From NCBI GenBank assembly GCA_951406725.2, contig OX597815.1:153016001-153080000 (forward strand): DNA of 64,000 nucleotides, given 5' to 3'. Made by a program: the position numbers and the translations under genes. A model generated the notes under the pieces. It was not told where the DNA came from and searched no databases. It was given only the letters and a program-made list of their open reading frames with translations. The stretch is from Octopus vulgaris (lineage: Eukaryota). Below, piece after piece: positions 54,331 to 64,000 of the stretch (its first letter is position 1; every line of letters starts with the position of its first letter).

Positions 54331-54854
54331 TACTAAGTTTCATTATATTTTATTCAATTTTAACAACTTGCATAAGATTCTAAACCTATATATAGTAATA
54401 AAAACACACCAGATGAACAATTCAAAATTTTATATTATAATCCTGGCATCCTTAACGAAGATGTCACTAAACCTAATTTGAATAATTAAATATATCGTTG
54501 AAATGAATTAGTTACGCTACTTATCAGTTATTTCAAAACACAGCATAAAGGAAAGAAAAAAACAAACAAACAGATATTTCCAATATAAATACACAATTGA
54601 ACTAATATTGTTTTCTGATCAAGTATAAAAACAATATACGTAATAAAAAATACATTTATCAAATAGGCATGTAGAGAAATGTAATAATATTAGTCTCCAA
54701 ACCAATATATTTAAACTAAATAAAACTACGTAAAAGAAACATATATTTGAGTATGATAAAACAACAATAGATTCCTCGTGTCGGCATGCTTTACTTCAAC
54801 GACTTCGATGTGGATATAAGCATGTACAGATTTGATCCTTTACTTCTCGCACGT

Positions 54855-54922
<68 letters not shown>

Positions 54923-54996
54923 ACACACACGCAAACACACAACGCATACACACTCAGGAACGCATACCCCCAACCCTCAATAACACAAAATAATTG

Positions 54997-55190
54997 TTTC
55001 AAATTTGGTACAAGGCCAGCAATTTTAATGGGAAGTAGTTTGTTGAATACATCGATCTCAATGGCAGTTTATTTTAGAGACCCCGAAAGGATAAAAGGTA
55101 TAGTTGACATCAGCGGGATTCGAACTCAGAACGTAAAAATGCCGAAAGAAATTCTTCTAAGCAATTTTCCTGACGCACTAACGATTTTGA
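54997..55190 (-). mobile_element. Decayed Meta/MESC-like SINE
   Basis: TTTCAAATTTGGTACAAGGCCAGC tail; GACCCCGAAAGGAT...GGATTCGAACTCAGAACGT. Confidence 0.75.
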
Positions 55191-55737
55191 TGAGGTATGT
55201 CTGACCTTGGACTTGCTTATTCGGAGCTGACATGGATTTAACAATACAGTGGCAGTCTGACTAAATGCACTGCATTTGGTATTTAGGTGAGCCATAGATG
55301 TTTAAAAACATAATTTAATGTTTCAGTATGTCCACACTAAAGCTTGAATAACTTGCAAAATGTGTGATTCACATTTTTTGTACACGTGATAAATAAAGAA
55401 AAAAAGATCAGTAAAAGCTCTCTGTATATCTTCATTGTAAAATTTTGGCTTTAAAACTTAGTTTGTTGTAATTATTTTTATATGAAGTTGCCGCCGTATA
55501 ATACAGAAAGAAAATAATACAATACAGCATCCATAAATAATTGTTTATAAATAACCATTTGAACAGAGAGAAAATAATTGTATGCTCTGACAAAGAAGAG
55601 AGATTTGACTGGCTCTGTCTTCTCGAAACCTTAGACTTTTAATCTTCACTGCATAACATATTTTACAACTGTTTGAATTATTTGTATGGCCTTTTTTCTC
55701 GAGACAGAACATCACTAGTCCCCAGTTTTAAGCGTTT

Positions 55738-55923
55738 TACATACATACATGCATGCATGTATACATACATACATTCATACATACATACATACATACATAC
55801 GTACGTACGTACGTACGTACATACATACATACATACATACATACATACATACATACATACATACATACATACGTACGTACGTACGTACATACATACATAC
55901 ATACATACATACATACATACATA
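55738..55923. repeat. (CATA)n/(CGTA)n microsatellite
   Basis: Seen directly. Confidence 0.95.
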
Positions 55924-56440
55924 CGAGCACTCTATAATGAAATCCGTCGGAAGGATAGCCACGAGGACAAAGAAATAAGAACCCACAGTATGGTAGAAGC
56001 CATTGCCACTCATAATAAAAAGGAGTACTGGTGGAATGACCCAGTGAAGATCTCAATAACATGCAAGTACAACAAACTTAGCTGCCCAGCAGATGTTGAC
56101 ATACAGCTGTAGACAGTGGAAAAGAGAATACCTACGCTGAACTATTGAGAAATCTGCAATTATTCTATCCAGTAGTCAGGTTTATACCTGTAATTATTGG
56201 GGACCTGGGATATGTAACACACTGCCTAAATACCAACCTTGAGAAGTTAGGTTTCTCAAAACTAGAAAAGATAAAGCTAATTCGAAGACTATAAATCGAA
56301 TCTATCACTGGAATTGTAAAAATCTGTAAAACTTTCCAGAAGTTTATCATTTAAATATATATGAGCATGTCTGGATATGTAACTATATGCATGAGCATAC
56401 TCACATAAAGCAATACATACAAATCTGCACATATAGTACA
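55924..56440 (+). mobile_element. R4/Dong-type LINE 3' end (RLE region) between (CATA)n tracts
   Basis: EYWWND...SCPADV...EKENTYAELLRNLQLFYP...FIPVIIGDLGYV...GIVKICKTFQKF*. The 3' UTR runs into (CATA)n. A second decayed 3' piece lies at ~56500-56630. Confidence 0.85.
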
Positions 56441-56668
56441 TGCATACATACATACATACATACATACATACATACATACATACATGCATAGCATTTTATT
56501 AATTTACCAGCCATCTCAGTACCAATCTTGAGATGCTAAGTTTCATTAAATCAAGGGATTACAATTATAATCTAACAAAAGCACTGCCAAAATATGTAAA
56601 GCATTCAAGAAGTTAACATACCACAAAATACACGTATGTAGTGGCATCCCCACCTTACATATATATAC

Positions 56669-56775
<107 letters not shown>

Positions 56776-56786
56776 TCCCACTCTCA

Positions 56787-57890
56787 TCAGCAATCAATTT
56801 CCAGCTGTGTAGTAAATATTATCGTTAGTACCGCTATTAACGCTAATAGGAATTTCCTGAAATGCAAGCACGGCCCGAAAATCTCCGTTCTGGAGTTTAG
56901 TATGTTCCCTCGTATTTGCGAGTTTTTCAGTATTTCCATGCGCTCGGTTACGCATAGCGTACAGCGTTTCGTTCTATTTATGAACGGACCCGGACGGTGT
57001 AGGATTTTCCATGATATCGAGTATGGAATTCCGTCTTCCTTCAGTTGCCAGATATGGCTGGTAAACGATGTTACATATCTCCTTTCCAGGGCCACCGAAG
57101 GAGGATTTATGGTTGAAGAAACGTTTCTTGAAGGAAGTTCCCGAGCATCCCATGTATTTCCTTGGATGCGTGGAGTCGGTGTAGTGTCTACTATTACTGA
57201 TGTTGCTGCTGCCACTACTGCTGCTGCTGTCGGTGTTGCTATTGTTGCTGCTTGTGAGGTTGTAGTTGACGATGTTGTTGTTTCTGCTGTCACTGTGGCT
57301 GTTGTTGTTGCTCCTGATGCCGGATATGGTGTTGATTCTGGTGGTGCTGGCGCTGAGACAGTTGGTGGTGGTTGCATCAGCAGCGTTATTGCTTCTGCGT
57401 GTGTCTCCGGTGGTACATGTGTTGGTGTTATTAAGTCTGCCGATGCTGGTGCTGCTGCCGTTGCTACTACTGCTGCTACCGTCATTGTTGAGCAACAACA
57501 GCCGAAGGTGTTGCAATATTTGATATTATCGTTATTTTTGCTATTTTCCCTGGTGGTGGAGTTGAGGTACCGTTCTCGTTGACAGGGTTATCATTAATCA
57601 CGTCTATGCCGGTGTGTCTGTTAGGGACGCTTCAGCTGCTGTTGGTGCTGCGGCCGATGTGGTTTCGTCGCTCACTGCTAGGATGACAGTCGTCACTGGA
57701 TATGTTGTTCTTTCTGCTATTTGTAACGTTGGTGTTGGAGGCGACGTCATCGTGGTCGAAGTTAGTGATGGTGGCGGTGCCGTCAGAGATGTAGTGGGAC
57801 TGTTGGCGTTGCTGTTGTTGATGTCAGTAAGGCTGTTCCCTGTGGTGGTGGTGGATGCGGTGGTGGCGGTGATGTTGGCTCTATTGCAGA
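56787..57890 (-). mobile_element. Naiad-type Penelope-like fragment: low-complexity linker + GIY-YIG C-terminus
   Basis: KYMGCSGTSFKKRFFNHKSSF (one frame), then TSFTSHIWQLK...YSISWKIL...KRCTLCVTE...ILNSRTEIFGPCLH (next frame). Homologous to 27360-27700. Confidence 0.85.
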
Positions 57891-58076
57891 TGCTCCTTTG
57901 CAAAATGAAGTCATACCCAGAGCATTGTGTGTATATGATGGACTCTCCCTTCGTTAGACGATGCATGATGGTTCAACCATTTCTTACAGAACTACCCACA
58001 TAATTTGTTTATAATGTGTAGACATAAGCCCACTCCCTCTACACATTCACACTCACACACATACACATATATGTTT

Positions 58077-58109
<33 letters not shown>

Positions 58110-58162
58110 CATACACACACCTATATATCTACGGTTATATATATATGGTTATATATATATGG

Positions 58163-58197
<35 letters not shown>

Positions 58198-58477
58198 CAG
58201 GTGTTACTATTCTGGGTCAGAGTAGACTTGCGAACAATAGTGGATAAGAGGTTCTTCTACATTCCTTAAAACTCTGAAACTACTGAACCAGAGCTCCTCT
58301 GCAAAATGAAGTCATACCCAGAGCATTGTGTGTATATGATGGACTCTCCCTTCGTTAGACGATGCATGATGGTTCAACCATTTCTTACAGAACTACCCAC
58401 ATAATTTGTTCATAGTGTGTAGACATAAGCCCACTCCCTCCACACATTCACACTCACACACATACACATATATGTTT

Positions 58478-58514
<37 letters not shown>

Positions 58515-58570
58515 CATACACACACCTATATATCTACGGTTATATATATATGGTTATATATATATATATA
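57887..58570. repeat. Near-identical ~290-bp direct duplication (period ~401 bp)
   Basis: 57887-~58190 versus 58289-58570 share GCAAAATGAAGTCATACCCAGAGC...CCCACATAATTTGTT and the same microsatellite tail. Confidence 0.95.
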
Positions 58571-58696
58571 TACAGGGTCACCACAAAGTTTGGGTACATG
58601 GAGTAAATAAAATCATAACATAAACAATTAAATATAAGAAATAATAATTTCTTAAAGTATGTGTTAATCCCCAAGTACCCAGACTTTTTGGACACC

Positions 58697-58701
<5 letters not shown>
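58571..58701. mobile_element. 131-bp Tc1/mariner-type MITE in a (TA)n tract
   Basis: TIRs TACAGGGTCACCACAAAGTTTGGGTAC versus reverse complement TACAGGGTGTCCAAAAAGTCTGGGTAC, with TA flanks. Confidence 0.85.
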
Positions 58702-58773
<72 letters not shown>

Positions 58774-58875
58774 CATACATATACATACATATACATACAT
58801 ATATACATATATATATATATAAACACACACACACACATATATATGTTTATATATATATATACATATATTTATATA

Positions 58876-58948
<73 letters not shown>

Positions 58949-59143
58949 AAAGCACACTAACATACAAGTCAAAGAGAATAATTTAATAATAATTATTATT
59001 AGTTTAATGGTAAGTGAATCTCTAAACATTTCTATATGACGTTAATAAAACTAATGGTGTAAGTAAATTATTATTAAAAATACATACATGCATATGTTCA
59101 TATGTGTGTGTGTCTGCGTTCATGGGTGTGCCAGAGTGTGCAC

Positions 59144-59178
<35 letters not shown>

Positions 59179-59290
59179 GAGACACACCCATGCGCATACA
59201 CAAGAAAATGAGATACCAAAGGAATAAATGATTACCTTATAAACTTTATAAGTTACAACTGTTTCTGGTCTAATACGTATATATATATAT

Positions 59291-59344
<54 letters not shown>

Positions 59345-59725
59345 GTGTGTGTGTATATATATATATATATCTACACGATATGACAGTCACATGTTTTTAC
59401 AGACTTTCCTCTACATGATATAACAGTCACTTTGCTCTTACGAAGAAAATGACTGATATCAAATATTCAATATGAGAATAAATGATTACCTTCATCGGAT
59501 TCCATGAATCGAACTTTCTTATGAAGTTAATCTTACAATCTACCCTTTTGATGTTTGGGAATTCTCTGATATTTTTTCGGCTGACGAGTAATCACTGCAT
59601 TTTTGTAGCTTATATATATATCCATATTTGTAATCACCCACTTGTCATATGGTTAACACCATATAGATATATCTAGTTAAGGACCATATTCATGTGAATT
59701 CTTTAGAATTCACTAGAATCAATTA

Positions 59726-59781
<56 letters not shown>

Positions 59782-60446
59782 CATATACATATATACGCAC
59801 TTACACACAGGCATATATTATATGTATGTGTGTATTAAAATATACGACAAACTCATCCACATATATATGTCCGCACACATATATATGCGCTGGCACACAC
59901 ACACACAAACACACACACACATACACACACACACACTTATAAGCACATACGCGAACACACAGGGACTTGTATATGGAAGCATATAAGTCAATATCTCATA
60001 TTCTATGATATCAAACAATCGTTCATTTGAAAAAATAAAAGAAATAAAAAACCAAAACAAAAAGTAACAAAGCAAATAAAATAACAAAAAAAACAAAAAA
60101 AGAACAAATAAATTAAAGCAATAACCCAAATAATCCTTATAATTAGATATGAATACGTGGACACATTAGTTATTGTGTAATCCACGTAAATTATTTGAGG
60201 GGGCGAGAAATATCAATAGCAATAAATGAAACCCAAACAGTATTACAAATGAGAAGAGAAATATCCTGAAGCAATTTGAGTTTGTCATCACAGACAACGT
60301 TGCCAGCGAGAGATGTTAATAACATGAAAGAATAATGAATAACTAAAGCGATAACTAATATGCTTTGTTAGTACTTAACTTATTTAATGTAGTAGCCACC
60401 GTGAGCGAGGCTTCTGTTGGTCGAGTCGATAGCTTTTAAGTGCACG

Positions 60447-61132
60447 TGTGTATGTATGTATGTATGTATGTATGTATGTATGTATGTATGTATGTATGTA
60501 TGTATGCGTGTGTGTCTATGTATGTTTGTATGTATGTTTATATGTATGGGTGGATGTACGAATGTATGTTTGTATGTATGTATGTATGTATGTATGTATG
60601 GATGTATGTATGTTTGTATGTATGTATGTATGTATGTATGTATGTATGTATGTATGTTTGTATGTATGTATGTATGCATGTATGTATGTATGTATGTATG
60701 TATGTTTGTATGTATGTATGTATGTATGTATGTATGTATGTATGCATGCATGCATGTATGTGTGTATGTATGGGTGGATGTATGTATGTTTGTATGTATG
60801 TATGAATGTATGTATTACGTACGTACGTATGTATGAATGTATGTATGTATGTATGTATGTACGTACGTACGAATGTATGTATGTATGTATGTATATACGT
60901 ATGTATGTATGTATTATGTATGTATGTTTGTATGTATGTATGTATGTATGTATGTGTGGGTGGATGTATGTATGTTTGTAAGTATGTATGTACGTACGTA
61001 TGTATGAATGTATGTACGTACGTACGAATGTATGTATGTATGCATGTGTATATACGTATGTATGTATGTATGTATGTATGTATGTATGTATTATGTATGT
61101 ATGTTTGTATGTAATGACGATACATACATACA

Positions 61133-61163
<31 letters not shown>

Positions 61164-61164
61164 G

Positions 61165-61204
<40 letters not shown>

Positions 61205-61642
61205 TATGTTGAATTGTATAGGTGTATAGAATAAATAATAGAGGTGCTTAATATACATTGTAGAGTATGTTGTCTTATGGAAACTGAATTTTTTTTATGT
61301 TGCGACTCGTGTTTCACGGCACTGTGATGGTCTCTCCTGGAAATTGCAATGACGATACATAAATACATACATACATACATACATACATACATACATACAT
61401 ACATACATACATACATACATACATACATACATAAATACATATATACATACGTACATATATACATACATTCATGCATGCATACATGCATACATACATAAAT
61501 ACATGCATACATACATAAATACATGCATGCATACATACATACATACATCCATGCATACATACATACATGCATACATACATACATACATGCATACATACAT
61601 ACATAAATACATACATACATACATACACACACACACATACAT
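60447..61642. repeat. Long (TATG)n array followed by complementary (CATA)n arrays
   Basis: Seen directly. Polarity switches at ~61115. Confidence 0.95.
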
Positions 61643-61649
61643 ACGTAAA

Positions 61650-61964
61650 CGTTAAAAACCGCAAGATACTGACATTAGCTGGAAAGCTCCATAGAAGTAG
61701 TGATATCGACAGTCTTTGCCTAAAAAGAAGCTTGTGATCAGTGCAGACAGCTTTCGAATGTTGTATAGTCTCTCTCAAACCACATTTCCTAAACAGCAGT
61801 AGCAAAACAAATACATTAACTTAGTGCTGAAATGTGAAAAGAGCAATATCCTACGAGTCAGCGCCGAGCTTCTCAGGAAGCACTCTCTTCCCGATGACAG
61901 CCCATACAACTCCAAAACAGCCATATTAACATAACTCAAAGAAGACCTGGATGTGAAACGCTCA

Positions 61965-62034
<70 letters not shown>

Positions 62035-62755
62035 TAATAAAAAGTGAAAAAACTACAGAAGGCTTGTTTTAAAAGGTTAAAAAATATATATTTGAGTCAA
62101 TATGTCTGAAGAATATCATAAATTTTTTATTACTATGACATAGTTTAGAAGAAATGACTGGTTTCGCGTTCAGCTTTTCAAATTTCTTACATCATTATGT
62201 TTATGTTGAGAAGAGTTCTAGATAAGGGAGGTAATAAGTGATTTCTTCCGGTGTAAGGGAGATAACCGCTTAAAATTTTTTGCCTTTCCTTTGGAGTGAA
62301 TTTCTCTGTATAAGTATGTTGGAATGGTTAAGTCTGGGCTTGTACTTTTCAATGAAGAATGTTTCCTTGTTTAGTCTAATTTGTGTTGGTGTTCCGATAG
62401 CACATTGGTAAAATGGAAAGATTAAAAATTGTGGTAGTAGTTGCTTTGCGCATTTCTCAATGTGCTCACTAAAATTCTGTATTCTGGGAATGCAATCTGT
62501 TGTCGATGCAGTGTGCATCTACGTCTGAGTGATAGTCCCGTGGATCCCACGTAGTCTTGGTGGCAGCCCGAGCATTTTATGACATAAATTATGTTTTCAG
62601 AGGCACAGTAAAATTAGATTTGATCTTGAATTTCTGTCCCTCTTTGAAGAGGAATTCTGATCCTTCTAGCAGGTTTGAACATGTTGCACAGTTCGGTCTA
62701 CCACATTTTTACTTTTGCATCCGTAAGTTCAGAAAACAATTTTGCCTTTGTGAGA

Positions 62756-62788
<33 letters not shown>

Positions 62789-63408
62789 GGTATATATATA
62801 TATATATATATTAAACAGGAAAAGCTACGTGTGGGTATGTTTCCCGAAGACTTGAAGAAGACGGCAATATTGACATGAAGCGTAACCTCTCTTAGACTAG
62901 TGACCGCTACATAAAATTACACTTCAAGGACAGGAGATTGCTACGAAATCCCAAAATAAACAAGAGACAGCAAAACAGTTGGATGCTCCAAAATGCAATA
63001 AAATTTGTAGATTATGTCATATTTCTGTGGAAGACATCACACATGTGATTAACCGCTGTCCAAAAATGTCATCAGGGTACTGCCTCCCTATGCGATATGA
63101 CGTTGTCGCAAACAAGTACAATGCCTTTCAGAAAAAAGATTGCTGGAATAAATATAAAGAATTCCCCCTCTTATTAAATACATACACAAATATCAACTCA
63201 AGGAATACTAGTGGAACATTCTCATAAAAAACCCTGTAAAGTGTAAGCATGACAGGTCGGATATTATTGTTTGGGACAGACAGGGAAACGTATGTACCAC
63301 CATAGAGCCCAGCTGTCCCGCTAATGTGAATATCTCTTTGAAAATCAAAGAGAAAGAAGATAACTATGGACAACTGTTTCGAAACACCCAGCTTCTATAT
63401 CCAGATCG
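61650..63408 (+). mobile_element. R4/Dong-type LINE remnant (interrupted by microsatellites and a PLE fragment)
   Basis: KNRKILTLAGKLHRSSDIDSLCL; CRLCHISVEDITHVINRCPKMS (CCHC); KHDRSDII; SCPANVNISLKIKEKEDNYGQLFRN. Same family as 55924. Confidence 0.8.
62150..62760 (-). mobile_element. Penelope-like (Neptune-type) GIY-YIG 3' fragment
   Basis: RPNCATCSNL...CASENIIYVIKCSGCHQDYVGSTG...SEHIEKC...RLNKETFFIEKYKPRLN. Confidence 0.85.
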
Positions 63409-63589
63409 TGAGTGTGTATGTGTGTGTGTGTGTGTGTGCGTGCGTGTATGTATAAGTATATACGTATGCATATATGTATATGTCTGTAGGCTTGACCATC
63501 GACTTGAAAAAAAAATCCCCAAAAGCAGTTGTAATGTATCAAACTGCGTGATGCTGTTTGCAACCCCACTAAAATTTTCGTTAAGGTAA

Positions 63590-64000
63590 GTTACTTGAGG
63601 TTGTTGACTCTTTCATCTACCTCGGAAGCTCCAACAAAATGATGGAAATCTGGACACAGAACTACATCCACGAATTCAAAGCATTTGATGATTTGGAGTC
63701 ACGTGTTTGATGCCATCGACATATAAATAACAACACGGAATTGGCTCTTTACAAATCGTTTGCCTTACTATCCCTGGTGTGTTCTTCTGAATCATGGGCG
63801 TGTTATGACAGATATTTCAAATTGTGAGAACGATTCCACCAAAAATGCCTTCGCCGCATTTCAAACATTAAATGGGGCTTTATTTTCTCCAGACACAGAC
63901 GTCTTTGCGTCTGCAGGCATGACTTCAATTACATCAATGATTCTGAAAAAATCAAATGAGATGGTTTGGCGATATTGTTCGAATGGCGGATGAATGCTCA
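63590..64000 (+). mobile_element. RTE/BovB-type LINE fragment (runs off window)
   Basis: LEVVDSFIYLGS; RFHQKCLRRISNIKW; QMRWFGDIVRMADE. Confidence 0.85.

Overview
Eukaryotic, AT-rich, repeat-saturated DNA. The SINE families and the (TA)n/(CA)n/(TACA)n/(AAT)n load point to a coleoid cephalopod, most likely Octopus (inference from sequence style). No intact host protein-coding gene can be supported. Nearly all listed ORFs are microsatellite translations or decayed transposon fragments. Recognisable content includes: two mariner elements with TIRs; a Tc1; a pogo/Tigger; a 131-bp MITE; three non-autonomous Helitrons plus Rep and Pif1 helicase remnants; RTE/BovB-type, CR1-like and R4/Dong-type LINE fragments; two Tx1/L1-like ORF1-bearing elements; four Penelope-like elements (Naiad-type and Neptune-type); and many tRNA-derived SINEs. 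The most interesting signals are four. (i) A ~670-bp fold-back palindrome carrying an outward-facing hammerhead ribozyme motif in each arm (6174-6840). (ii) About nine hammerhead motifs of several families, several with palindromic, dimer-type stem III. (iii) An apparent SINE-targeting system in which a Tx1-like ORF1 element and a tailed SINE abut the same GGTATTTCGT site of the SINE head, and that SINE tail resembles the 3' end of the related ORF1-only element at 12316-13893. (iv) R4/Dong-type LINEs associated with two different microsatellites.
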